From positions 20,956 through 84,955 of IMG/VR virus record IMGVR_UViG_3300039076_000082: DNA of 64,000 nucleotides. One strand, given 5' to 3'. Source of the DNA: a virus. Its lineage: Duplodnaviria; Caudoviricetes. Made by a program: the position numbers and the translations under genes. The first letter of the stretch is position 1; every line of letters starts with the position of its first letter. The notes beneath the pieces were generated by a model. It did not search any database and was not told the origin of the DNA. It was given only the letters and a program-made list of their open reading frames with translations. Below, piece after piece: positions 17,275-26,635 of the stretch.

Positions 17275-17684
17275 TGACTTATAGAACAGAAGAAACTGAC
17301 GAAATTAGATTAATACAAGAAATTGCTTACAAGGGTAGAACTATCCTTACTTGGTATAACCAGACTAAGAAGCTATTTAGTTTAACTATCTTTAACTATA
17401 GAGATCAACCTAATATTGTAGCTAAGTTATCTACATTAACTAATTGGGGATATCCTACTTATCACGGTGAAGAGTCAGAAGATCATGCTGAAGGTGCTGA
17501 AATATCAGCTTTATTTATTGAAGATTTATTGAAAGAGAATTACTGGTGGGAAAATGATGCTAACTTTTTTATCCCAGAAGAGACTTGGAAGCTATTAGAA
17601 GAAGTTACAGGTGAAGTTAGAGGAGTTCAAGAGGACTTGACAATTAAGCGACCTAAGCTTACACTTATTAAGAACGAGGAGTAG
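17274..17684 (+). CDS. hypothetical protein (GTG start), C-terminus KRPKLTLIKNEE
   Basis: 136-aa ORF overlapping upstream stop. Confidence 0.7.
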   Translation: MTYRTEETDEIRLIQEIAYKGRTILTWYNQTKKLFSLTIFNYRDQPNIVAKLSTLTNWGYPTYHGEESEDHAEGAEISALFIEDLLKENYWWENDANFFIPEETWKLLEEVTGEVRGVQEDLTIKRPKLTLIKNEE

Positions 17685-17686
17685 TT

Positions 17687-17878
17687 ATGGATTATGGATC
17701 GGTTTATTATAGCGAAGTTTTAGATAGAATTGTAATAGTTACTACTGGTATAAGCAATGACATGGTAGTAAAAGGTATTAGTAAATCAAATCAAACATTC
17801 CAAGTATCGTCTTTTGATAAAGATAAAGTTTCAGATGAGTTATTGAAAAAAGATTATGAACTTATTGGATACTTATAG
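17687..17878 (+). CDS. hypothetical protein
   Basis: GAGGAG RBS. Confidence 0.65.
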   Translation: MDYGSVYYSEVLDRIVIVTTGISNDMVVKGISKSNQTFQVSSFDKDKVSDELLKKDYELIGYL

Positions 17879-17886
17879 GTGATGAT

Positions 17887-18330
17887 ATGAACAATTTAAG
17901 TTTTTTACAGAAAGCTATAGAAATGATGGAAAATGACTCAAGATTAGTACTTTGTGGCAGTTTAGCTTTAATCTTATCTAAGAATATACCAGATAGAGAA
18001 GTAAATGATTTAGATTTTGTCTTCATTGATGCTCCATCTAAGTTTAATTTAACTAATCATTATAAAGCAAGAGAAGATCATATTTATGAACAAGAAGGTT
18101 ATGTTTGCTACAAAACGTATGTTTCTCCTCATGGAAATCATGCCAACATTTTTGTATTTGATGATCATAAGTCAATTTTAATTGAAGAATTGACTATATT
18201 TGGTAAAACTATTCTTATTCAAAATCCAGAACAAATGTTACAATATAAAAAATTATACGATAGACCAAAAGATAGAAAAGATTTAGGTATTGAAGAAAAA
18301 GTTTTTACTTCAGATGATATCCCATTTTAG
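17887..18330 (+). CDS. minimal nucleotidyltransferase-fold protein with SSB-like DDIPF tail
   Basis: CGSLAL...DLDF; K...RPKD..D; ends TSDDIPF. Confidence 0.65.
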   Translation: MNNLSFLQKAIEMMENDSRLVLCGSLALILSKNIPDREVNDLDFVFIDAPSKFNLTNHYKAREDHIYEQEGYVCYKTYVSPHGNHANIFVFDDHKSILIEELTIFGKTILIQNPEQMLQYKKLYDRPKDRKDLGIEEKVFTSDDIPF

Positions 18331-18338
18331 GAACAACT

Positions 18339-18572
18339 ATGACGCAACAACAAAAACCCTCACTAACTGATACAATCAAAGAATGGGGTAGTATTATCCT
18401 CTCAGGATTAGGAATTGTATTCCTTCTGACTCTGCTAAGAAAAGACAACGGTAGCGAGATTCAAGGCTTAAAATCAGATATCAAAGATGTTGAGGACAAT
18501 ATTAAGGACATTGAGCTAAGTGATCCTAGTATCGATGAGATTATTAACAGATGGAACAATAGGAATAAGTAA
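18339..18572 (+). CDS. membrane-anchored coiled-coil protein
   Basis: N-terminal TM followed by heptad segment. Confidence 0.6.
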   Translation: MTQQQKPSLTDTIKEWGSIILSGLGIVFLLTLLRKDNGSEIQGLKSDIKDVEDNIKDIELSDPSIDEIINRWNNRNK

Positions 18573-18712
18573 ATGACTTTTATTTTATTTGGTATATTAC
18601 AGTTACCACCAAAGACATTCAACTATTTCGTAAGATACAATACAGTAAAAGAGTGTGTAGATGCTCGTAAATCCTTAGAACGTAAATATGGATTTCATAA
18701 TTTTTCTGGATT

Positions 18713-18904
18713 TTGTGCAATAGAGGTAGTAGAATGAAATTAGGCGTATATATTGAACCAAATGGGAGACTTTTAGAAGTAGACCGATGGAGTGGTTATT
18801 ATTATGTTTATGATAGACAAAAACTTGTAATAATTGTTTTTCACAATAGAGAAAAAGAATGGGAACATTATTTAAAAATTTGTAAATATAAAGGTAAGCT
18901 ATGA
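18713..18904 (+). CDS. hypothetical protein
   Basis: Likely start ATG 18734 after GAGG; overlaps next gene. Confidence 0.5.
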   Translation: MCNRGSRMKLGVYIEPNGRLLEVDRWSGYYYVYDRQKLVIIVFHNREKEWEHYLKICKYKGKL

Positions 18905-19215
18905 AAACTATATTAATATTTCTACTAACAACCAATTTAGTATTTGCTCAAGATGCTGTTATCATTAAAAAAGGTCAGAAAAGTCCTATTGATGGAGTAG
19001 TAATTACAGAAAATCTTGCAAAAGAGCTTGACAAGAGTTCTCGACTTGTGGTAGAGTACCAAGAATTAGGTAGACTCAACAAAGAGCTTATCGAAAAACA
19101 ACAACAGAAAATTGACCATCTTGAACAAAAAGAAACAATCAATATATTTAAAAACATTGGCTACTTCATCCTTGGTGGTGCAGTTGTCGCTTTATCAGTA
19201 AAGGCATCTAAATGA
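18901..19215 (+). CDS. exported/membrane protein (signal peptide, coiled coil, C-terminal TM)
   Basis: MKTILIFLL...VFA signal; hydrophobic C-terminus. Confidence 0.7.
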   Translation: MKTILIFLLTTNLVFAQDAVIIKKGQKSPIDGVVITENLAKELDKSSRLVVEYQELGRLNKELIEKQQQKIDHLEQKETINIFKNIGYFILGGAVVALSVKASK

Positions 19216-20534
19216 AAAATTATGTCATTTCAAGCTATATCCCAAATACGCATATTGATGATAAGTTTGTCAGAGTATTAAATAATTTTACAAAACATAC
19301 TGACTCTGAGTTTAAGTTACTGCAATGTAAAGAGAATTATAATAAAGATCATGAAATGCCATTAGAATTGGCTATTATTGAAGAGTTTGGTAGTGTTATT
19401 AGTACAAAATCTTTTAACTTAGGTAAACATCTCCATGTATCTGATTTTAGAATAAGTATAAATACTATCGATCCTATTTCTGGAATGGAATCATTTGCTT
19501 CCAAGCATGGTTGTATGATATTACCGTTTCCACGCCATAGATTTAAGACTGTACCTAGAATGTTAAAAGAGTCACAAACGCCTAGAGCTATTTGGTGTAC
19601 TGGTACTATTTCAGAAAATGATAGTTATAAGAATAACAAGTCTGGAACTAGAATGAAAGACTATCATGTAAAAGGTGCTTTATTCGTACAATTAGATGAA
19701 AAAACTGGTAGATTCTCAATTAGACAGCTTCAATTTGATGGTCAAGGGTTTTACGATTTAGATAAATATTATACTGAATCATCTGTGAAGACCGTAAGAC
19801 CTTTAGCTATTTCTTGTGGAGACGACCACGCTTTATTTCAATCTCCTATTGCCATGAAGAAAACAGAAGAGTTTATAAACCAAGTAAAGCCTCTTAATAT
19901 CTTTAGACATGACACTTTGGACTTTGGTACAGCAGGTTCTCACCATTTGATCGGTAAACATTTAACTAAATCTAAACTCCCAATGACTTTAGAAGAAGAG
20001 TTAAAGTTAACTTCAGATACTATTGCTCGTTTTGAAAAGCTTTTTCCATTTGCTAAACAATATATGGTAGCAAGTAACCATCCTGAGCACTTAGATCGAT
20101 ACTTAGATGAAGCTAGATACTATGATGATTACCCAAATCACATTATCGGTTTAGAGTTAGCACTAGCTAAAGCGCAAGGTAAAAATGTATATCAATACTC
20201 TATGGAAAAATATAATAAGCTAAATAATACTACATTTTGCTCAAGAAAAAGTAGTCTAAAATTAGCAGGTGTAGAATTGTTAGATCATGGAGATGAAGGC
20301 TCGAATGGAGCTAAAGCTACCCCTAAAGAAAAAGGTATTGTTTACTCAGGTAAGTCCATTACAGGACATACTCACTCACCAGAAATTGGTGTATTTGGTA
20401 ATTTTGTAAACGGTACTCTTACTCATTTAAGTCTACCATATACTAAAGATTCAGGTAGTAGTTCTTGGTTGTGGACAAATACATTACTTTATCCTAATGG
20501 TAAAATGACCCATATTCATATTATACCGGAGTAG
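19212..20534 (+). CDS. metallophosphoesterase-like protein (C-terminal domain)
   Basis: GDDH, HDTLDFG, SNH, DHGD, GHTHS pattern. Confidence 0.6.
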   Translation: MKNYVISSYIPNTHIDDKFVRVLNNFTKHTDSEFKLLQCKENYNKDHEMPLELAIIEEFGSVISTKSFNLGKHLHVSDFRISINTIDPISGMESFASKHGCMILPFPRHRFKTVPRMLKESQTPRAIWCTGTISENDSYKNNKSGTRMKDYHVKGALFVQLDEKTGRFSIRQLQFDGQGFYDLDKYYTESSVKTVRPLAISCGDDHALFQSPIAMKKTEEFINQVKPLNIFRHDTLDFGTAGSHHLIGKHLTKSKLPMTLEEELKLTSDTIARFEKLFPFAKQYMVASNHPEHLDRYLDEARYYDDYPNHIIGLELALAKAQGKNVYQYSMEKYNKLNNTTFCSRKSSLKLAGVELLDHGDEGSNGAKATPKEKGIVYSGKSITGHTHSPEIGVFGNFVNGTLTHLSLPYTKDSGSSSWLWTNTLLYPNGKMTHIHIIPE

Positions 20535-20544
20535 AAGTATTAAA

Positions 20545-21348
20545 TTGTGTTTAAGGTGTCATATTTACAAGAAAGAAACAGATTTTGGATTTAAAAGTAG
20601 TGCCGGTAAAGGTAATGTTTGTAGAGGGTGCTGGTCTAATAATCCTTATAAAGAAATATCTGAAGAAAAGTTTACTTTCATAAAGCATTGTAAAAAATGT
20701 AACAAGTATTATCCTAGAACTTTAGAGTTTTTCTTTAAAAAATTAAAGGCTATAGCAAATGATTGTAAAAAGTGTTCATTGACTAGAAATCATTCATATT
20801 ACAAAAACAATTCTAAAACTATTTTAAAACAGAAACAAAAATATTATATTGACAATTTACCAAAAATTACAAAATATAAGCGTAAATATAACAATACAGA
20901 AATGGCTAGAATTCGTTATAAAAAATTATATCAAAAAAGAATTAATTGTCCAATAGAATACTTAAAAAAGAATATTTCATCTAGAATAGTAAATGTGTTA
21001 AAATCTAAGGGGAAGAAGAAGTTGAAACTTACGGAAGAGATTCTGGGTTGCAACAGATTTCAGTTTTATGAATACCTGAAAAATACATTTGAGACTAATT
21101 ATGCGATAAAATGGAACGAAAGCTATATAAAATTACTGAATATTGATCATATCAATCCAATTTCGCTAGCAATGAATGAAAAAGAGGTATATGAATTAAA
21201 TCATTACACTAATTTACAATTCTTATACAAAAGAGACAACCTTCAAAAGAATAATAACTTAGATTGGAAATTAGACTTGACAAAAACTAAATTGTTTGAT
21301 AATATTAAAAAACTTAACCTACCTATAGAGATTATATCTAATGTCTGA
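20545..21348 (+). CDS. HNH-type endonuclease with Cys-rich N-terminus (TTG start)
   Basis: CxxC pairs; IDHINP...LNHYTNLQFL...NLQK. Confidence 0.8.
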   Translation: MCLRCHIYKKETDFGFKSSAGKGNVCRGCWSNNPYKEISEEKFTFIKHCKKCNKYYPRTLEFFFKKLKAIANDCKKCSLTRNHSYYKNNSKTILKQKQKYYIDNLPKITKYKRKYNNTEMARIRYKKLYQKRINCPIEYLKKNISSRIVNVLKSKGKKKLKLTEEILGCNRFQFYEYLKNTFETNYAIKWNESYIKLLNIDHINPISLAMNEKEVYELNHYTNLQFLYKRDNLQKNNNLDWKLDLTKTKLFDNIKKLNLPIEIISNV

Positions 21349-21919
21349 AAAAACAGCTAAACGTCTTAACATAGACAATATTACTACATTTCTTGAAGAC
21401 GGTATCGATATTGACAATCGCAAAGTTCAAATATTTCAAGATATTGACCAAAAACTATCAGCTAAAGTTATCAGCGGTATCCAACTAATGTTAGCTAAAA
21501 ATAAAGAAAATCCTATCGATATTTATATCAACTCGTTTGGTGGCGATATCTATTCGGGGTTTGGTTTATACGACTTTATCAGCTTATTAGACGTTCAAAT
21601 AACGATCACAGTAGTTGGTTGTGCCATGAGTGCTGCTAGTGTCGTCCTAATGGCAGGAGACGTTCGTAAAATGACTAAAAACTCTCGTTTAATGTTACAT
21701 ACTACTAGCGGAGGCGTGGAAGGTAAGAGTTATGAGATCATTACCGATGGAGAAGAACACAAAGTGCTTCATAACCAAATGTGTGAGTTATATGGAGATC
21801 GATCTAAAGTAACTAGTAAACAATGGAAAAAAGACTTAGAATATGTTGATAAATTTTACAGCGCTAAAAAAGCATTAGAATTAGGTCTAATTGACGAAAT
21901 TCTTGAACAAAACTCTTGA
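21341..21919 (+). CDS. clpP: ClpP-like serine protease
   Basis: IYINSFGGDI, AMSAAS (Ser), MLH (His), F.A..ALELGLIDEI. Confidence 0.9.
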   Translation: MSEKTAKRLNIDNITTFLEDGIDIDNRKVQIFQDIDQKLSAKVISGIQLMLAKNKENPIDIYINSFGGDIYSGFGLYDFISLLDVQITITVVGCAMSAASVVLMAGDVRKMTKNSRLMLHTTSGGVEGKSYEIITDGEEHKVLHNQMCELYGDRSKVTSKQWKKDLEYVDKFYSAKKALELGLIDEILEQNS

Positions 21920-21962
21920 CAATGATAAAAAACTAATGTACTAATAGTATTTAGGAGTAATT

Positions 21963-22502
21963 ATGTTAAAAATAGTAGACGAAAGTAATGACTTAGAGTT
22001 TTCAATTGACGACTTCTCAGTTTCACCTGTAGAAAATGTAGTAGATTACAATAAAGCTAATGACTTAGCGGAAGACGAAATTATTGACTACTATCCTACC
22101 CATACATTTCTTAATCCGTTTAGTAGAAACTCAGTAATTGAGCTTAAAACGCCTAATAGAGAGCGATACTCTTATATCATTTCTCCACCAAATGAAATCG
22201 CTAAAGTTGGAGAACTACTCGGTAACAATCAAGTAAATATTGCAATGTGGGATTCTTACCCATCTGTTATTAAAAACGTATCTATCAATGATATCACACT
22301 ATCTAGAAACAACTTATTAAAGGTAAAATTGGCTTATTTTACAATTAAAGTCATTAGAGCTATTATCCCTAACTGGTATATTCAAAAGCCGTTAAAAGCC
22401 CACTATTCCACTTATATTGACCGATTAAAGATTAAAAAGAAGACAATATTTTCAAGATTAGTATTGTTTATTGACTCAAAGATTTCAAATGGCAAGCAGT
22501 AA
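21963..22502 (+). CDS. hypothetical protein
   Basis: 179 aa, AGGAG RBS. Confidence 0.75.
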   Translation: MLKIVDESNDLEFSIDDFSVSPVENVVDYNKANDLAEDEIIDYYPTHTFLNPFSRNSVIELKTPNRERYSYIISPPNEIAKVGELLGNNQVNIAMWDSYPSVIKNVSINDITLSRNNLLKVKLAYFTIKVIRAIIPNWYIQKPLKAHYSTYIDRLKIKKKTIFSRLVLFIDSKISNGKQ

Positions 22503-22905
22503 AAAGAAACGTATCCATATATTCAAAGCTCCACTTCATGTCGTATTAAGTAGAGATCAAAAGCGTGGTAAGAAATTTATCATCAATCTAAACCAATACA
22601 GAAATTGGCACTATAGAACCAGCAACAGCATTAAAATTAAGTATAAAGAACTAATGAAGTCCCAGTTAGACGGAGTAAAGATCAATACCCCTCTTAAACT
22701 GACTTTTAAACTATTCAAATCTAGCAACCGTAGATCAGATAGGGCTAATGTTCTTTCCATCCATGAGAAGTTCTTTTGTGATGCTATGGTGGAGTTTAAA
22801 TGTATCCCTGACGATAATGACAAATATATTGTAGAAACCAGTTATATTAGCGGTGGAGTAGATAGGAAGAATCCTAGAGTAGAAATCCACATTGAGGAGT
22901 TATAA
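22489..22905 (+). CDS. rusA: RusA-like Holliday junction resolvase
   Basis: RRSDRAN..K...DAM....IPDDND...PRVEI; start corrected to 22489. Confidence 0.8.
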   Translation: MASSKKKRIHIFKAPLHVVLSRDQKRGKKFIINLNQYRNWHYRTSNSIKIKYKELMKSQLDGVKINTPLKLTFKLFKSSNRRSDRANVLSIHEKFFCDAMVEFKCIPDDNDKYIVETSYISGGVDRKNPRVEIHIEEL

Positions 22906-23489
22906 TGAGACATTTACTGACTGTGCTTTTTTCTCTAGCTTTATTATCATGTACTTCAATTAGAAGTAAAGACAACGATGTAGTAGCTTTTGTTGCTAAG
23001 AACTATGTTAATAAAATTTACACAGCCGATGGAGGTCACTGTACTTCTTTTTATGCTGATGTGAACGGTAAGATTCGCCATTTGACAGCGGCTCATTGCT
23101 GTAAACAAACTATGTTTTTAGACTCAAAACCTTTAGAGTTCGTAAAAGTAGATTTCGGTAGCGATGTTTGTGAACTATCTATTGATTCTTCAATTAATAG
23201 AGGAATTAAACTAGCACTTCAGCCTTCAGAATTAACAGATATTACTCATGTTATAGGGTTTCCTATTGACAGTGAGCTTACTATTACTTCTGGAAGAACC
23301 AATAAAACTCTTAGACGAGGATTATTTGACACATTGGTAGTAAGAACAACTTCAGTAGTATTAGGGGGAAACTCTGGTGGACCAGTTGTTAACGATAACG
23401 GTGAACTTGTTGGGATTGTATCTCAAACTACAGGTTTTTATAACGGTCTTTTTGTCCCTACTGATATTGTTTTAGATATTATCAAATGA
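22905..23489 (+). CDS. trypsin-like (S1) serine protease, predicted lipoprotein
   Basis: Lipobox LLSC; TAAHC (His), D, GGNSGGP (Ser). Confidence 0.88.
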   Translation: MRHLLTVLFSLALLSCTSIRSKDNDVVAFVAKNYVNKIYTADGGHCTSFYADVNGKIRHLTAAHCCKQTMFLDSKPLEFVKVDFGSDVCELSIDSSINRGIKLALQPSELTDITHVIGFPIDSELTITSGRTNKTLRRGLFDTLVVRTTSVVLGGNSGGPVVNDNGELVGIVSQTTGFYNGLFVPTDIVLDIIK

Positions 23490-23827
23490 TAGAATTATCA
23501 GACTTATTATCTCGAATTGAAAAGAACAAGCAAAGGAAAGAAGTTGTCTTTAATTCATTCAGCTTCTTTCTAGAATCTTATAATATCCAAAACGGTCTTG
23601 ACAAAGTTCCTACTTATCTGATATATTACCTATATAGAAAGTTTCTAAGTAATAATTTAGAAATATTCCCTATAAAAAAGCGACAATTTTTTAAACAATT
23701 TAAACAACTCTTTAAGTTAAAGAGATACGGTAAACAAAGATACTACTTACTAGATAAAAAAGTGCTAAAGTTTACTGAAGATGACTTGATTAATAGCAGG
23801 ATATATGAAAAGAAAAAGAAAGTATGA
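23486..23827 (+). CDS. hypothetical basic protein
   Basis: 113 aa, overlapping starts. Confidence 0.7.
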   Translation: MIELSDLLSRIEKNKQRKEVVFNSFSFFLESYNIQNGLDKVPTYLIYYLYRKFLSNNLEIFPIKKRQFFKQFKQLFKLKRYGKQRYYLLDKKVLKFTEDDLINSRIYEKKKKV

Positions 23828-24326
23828 AAGGGAAATTAGTAGCGTAGACTATATTGAAGGCGTAAAAGGCTGTGATGGTAGTTTAGCTATTAGACCTTTA
23901 AACCAAGAAGAGTTGGAGTTTTTAAAGAAGTTTAACGACGAATATGTTGGCGGTAACTTCCAAAAAACTGACAATCTCCATGATTCTTTGATTGAAAAAA
24001 ACACTGACAAGACTACAGAAATTAAGAACAATATTCAACAACTAAAATTACAATTAAAAGAACTATCATCTTCGTTTAAAAAGACTTGGAAGAAGACTCA
24101 GAAGATTATCCATTCAGATAAAAGAAATGCCTTAAAAGAACAAATAGAAGCTTTAAAAGAGGAGCTATTGAAGTATGATGTTAAGGGTAATATTTGGAAA
24201 GATCGTTATGCTAAACGTATGGATATGTACCATAGTGAAGTCATGAACGTAAGTGATTTCTTCTCTGATGAAGAATTTAAGTCTGAGTCAGAAATGTTCG
24301 ATGCTATTCTTAGCCGACAAATTTAA
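23805..24326 (+). CDS. hypothetical coiled-coil protein; last gene before strand switch
   Basis: 173 aa; converges with the late operon. Confidence 0.7.
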   Translation: MKRKRKYEREISSVDYIEGVKGCDGSLAIRPLNQEELEFLKKFNDEYVGGNFQKTDNLHDSLIEKNTDKTTEIKNNIQQLKLQLKELSSSFKKTWKKTQKIIHSDKRNALKEQIEALKEELLKYDVKGNIWKDRYAKRMDMYHSEVMNVSDFFSDEEFKSESEMFDAILSRQI

Positions 24327-24684
24327 AGTAAATACCTACTGCTACTGAAATAGCGGTCAATACCCCACCAATAATAGTAATATTTTGTTGTAAGTATGCT
24401 CTAAACTTAGTCCCATTAGTTTCGTTTAACTGTTTAGCTTTTCTCTCTAACAGTACTTCTTTGATTTGTGGTAGATCGTCTTTGCAGAATATTTGAAATG
24501 CTTGTAATGCTGGCATAATTTCAATAATAACTTTATCATCACCGCCAACGTGCTTTACTACTTCTTGAGTATAAATCTTAACTTCAGCTCTCAACTCAGT
24601 CAAGTTATCTCTGATAACATCAACTTTATCATCCAATCTCTCAACTCTAGCTTCTAACTTATCAAACTGCTTTTCCATACTCAT
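24310..24684 (-). CDS. holin/XhlA-like membrane protein
   Basis: N-terminal coiled coil and single C-terminal TM; last gene of late operon. Confidence 0.45.
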   Translation of the reverse strand: MSMEKQFDKLEARVERLDDKVDVIRDNLTELRAEVKIYTQEVVKHVGGDDKVIIEIMPALQAFQIFCKDDLPQIKEVLLERKAKQLNETNGTKFRAYLQQNITIIGGVLTAISVAVGIYFKFVG

Positions 24685-24703
24685 GAAAACTAACCTCTAA
24701 ATA

Positions 24704-26635
24704 TTAATTTTGATTGTCCTGTTCTGTCTTATTAACCATTTCTCTAAATGCCGGCTGTTGTGAAATTGACCACAATAACCTATCTCTTTTTGGAGATTGT
24801 AATATTTTATCTAATTTATCAGCAAATTCTGTTGCTCCCGGACTACCAGAAGTTCTTAGCTTATTGGCAACATTACTAATTGCTGTATCTTCCATCTTAA
24901 TTAAACGCTTGGTGAAATCACCTACTGGTTTTACTAGATTTTCTGCTTTATTGGTAACATTTCCTAATGCCGCACCAGTTCTAACACTCATAGAAGAAGG
25001 GTTAACAAATCCCCCTAAAATAGAACCTTCACCTTCAAGAGCTTTAGACAATCCAAGTCTAGTATTTAACTCAGAAGCTTTTTGTCCTAATTCTGGACTA
25101 ATTTCTGTTCCGTAACCCATAGCTCTCTGTAGAGATTCTTCTTTTAAGTTGTCAGCATTCATTAACTTTTGTGCTAATGGAATATCTAAATCTTGTGCAA
25201 ATCTATTATCAGGAGATAATTCAGATAAAATATCACCAGCTCTATAAGTTGAGCTAATCTCTTTATTACCAGCTTCGTACAATGCTCTAGCTTCTGGACT
25301 CATATTTGAAGTAATAGCAGTATCGACCTCTTCAACTAGTTTAGAAACAATTCCCTTAGATTTAGAATCAATATTAGCATTATTAAGAATATTTTTTAAT
25401 TCTTTTTTGACGTTATTCAAATCAGATAAACTCATTGTTTTATATGATTCTACTTGCTCTTTAATTATTCTATCTTCCGGTATATCTACTTGTCTAACTT
25501 TAGGAATAGTTTGTCCCAATTCATCCGTAGTTGTTTGAAGTGATTGAATAAGGTTTGAATTTTCTACCACTTTAGGATTAGTAAACTTTGTAGATTGTCC
25601 GAGAGCTTGCGCTTCAGCTTGAGCCTTATTGATAATTCCTTGCATTTTATCCATTGCTCGGTAAATGCCCGGTTCAACTTTTTCATTTACTGCTATATCT
25701 TTATATAAATCCAATTCTTTTTGAATTTTAGCTAAATCATCAGGTAGCATTGAAGAACTCTTCAGAGTGTCTTCTAAATTCTTAAGTTGATTAGAAAAGT
25801 CTACAGAAGTATCGCCACTACTCAAAGCCTGTCCTACTTTTTCGCTACCTTTTTTATATTGACTTCTAAAGCTATTTAATAACTCCTCAGACGTTTTTAA
25901 TGCATCAGACTGAAGTTGTTTATTAGCTTTCTCTCCTACTACAGGGATACCTTTTTCGGCAACTCTAAACGCATCAAATCCCTTTTTAACAAATTTAGGA
26001 GCCATATCTAAAGTACTTTCAGCAGCTCCTTTAGCTAGCTTCGCACCACCTTTAGCTACAGTTGGTAACGTAGCTCCAGCTACTCCTCCAACAAGTCCAC
26101 CTAAACCGATATCTTTTCCTACTTCTTGTAGAGTTTCAACGCTAGGTTGTGTCAAATCTTCTTGAGATTCACCAAATCCAGTTAATCCACCTTGAATAGC
26201 TCCAGCTTTACCTAGTTGTAGAGCTGACGTTAGTGCTGGAACTTTCCCAATATTACTAACTGCGCCTATGCCTCCAGTAGCGAAACCGGGTAAAATAGCT
26301 CCACCAATTTCTGCCATAGTAGTAGAAGTTGGATATTGCTCTTTACCTTCTTTCAAAGTTTGACGCTCTTGTTTTACTTTTTCTCTATATGTATCAAGTA
26401 AGTCCGCAAACTTCTTATCACCAAATGCAGTATCGTATAAAGCCTTAGCTCCAGCAGTAGCCTCATCCGATAGTCCAAAAGACGCACCAGAGAGCATTGC
26501 TTTACGATTAGCTTCCATAGCACCAACATCAGCTTTACCAAATACGTCAGCATCAGGAGAAACAGGCTCCCAATCATCTGAACCTTGATCTGCTACAGGG
26601 ACTTCTTGCCAATCGTCTTTATTATTGTCTACCAT
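24704..26635 (-). CDS. putative internal virion (ejection) protein
   Basis: DDW repeats at N-terminus, Gly/Ala-rich helices, position after tail genes. Confidence 0.6.
   Translation of the reverse strand: MVDNNKDDWQEVPVADQGSDDWEPVSPDADVFGKADVGAMEANRKAMLSGASFGLSDEATAGAKALYDTAFGDKKFADLLDTYREKVKQERQTLKEGKEQYPTSTTMAEIGGAILPGFATGGIGAVSNIGKVPALTSALQLGKAGAIQGGLTGFGESQEDLTQPSVETLQEVGKDIGLGGLVGGVAGATLPTVAKGGAKLAKGAAESTLDMAPKFVKKGFDAFRVAEKGIPVVGEKANKQLQSDALKTSEELLNSFRSQYKKGSEKVGQALSSGDTSVDFSNQLKNLEDTLKSSSMLPDDLAKIQKELDLYKDIAVNEKVEPGIYRAMDKMQGIINKAQAEAQALGQSTKFTNPKVVENSNLIQSLQTTTDELGQTIPKVRQVDIPEDRIIKEQVESYKTMSLSDLNNVKKELKNILNNANIDSKSKGIVSKLVEEVDTAITSNMSPEARALYEAGNKEISSTYRAGDILSELSPDNRFAQDLDIPLAQKLMNADNLKEESLQRAMGYGTEISPELGQKASELNTRLGLSKALEGEGSILGGFVNPSSMSVRTGAALGNVTNKAENLVKPVGDFTKRLIKMEDTAISNVANKLRTSGSPGATEFADKLDKILQSPKRDRLLWSISQQPAFREMVNKTEQDNQN

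Noticed and set aside
18339-19215. Spanin pair
   Set aside because: Membrane topology is suggestive, but there is no lipobox-containing overlapping o-spanin and no link to lysis genes
21341-21919. ClpP as prohead maturation protease
   Set aside because: Opposite strand and about 28 kb from the head genes; a dedicated scaffold gene is present
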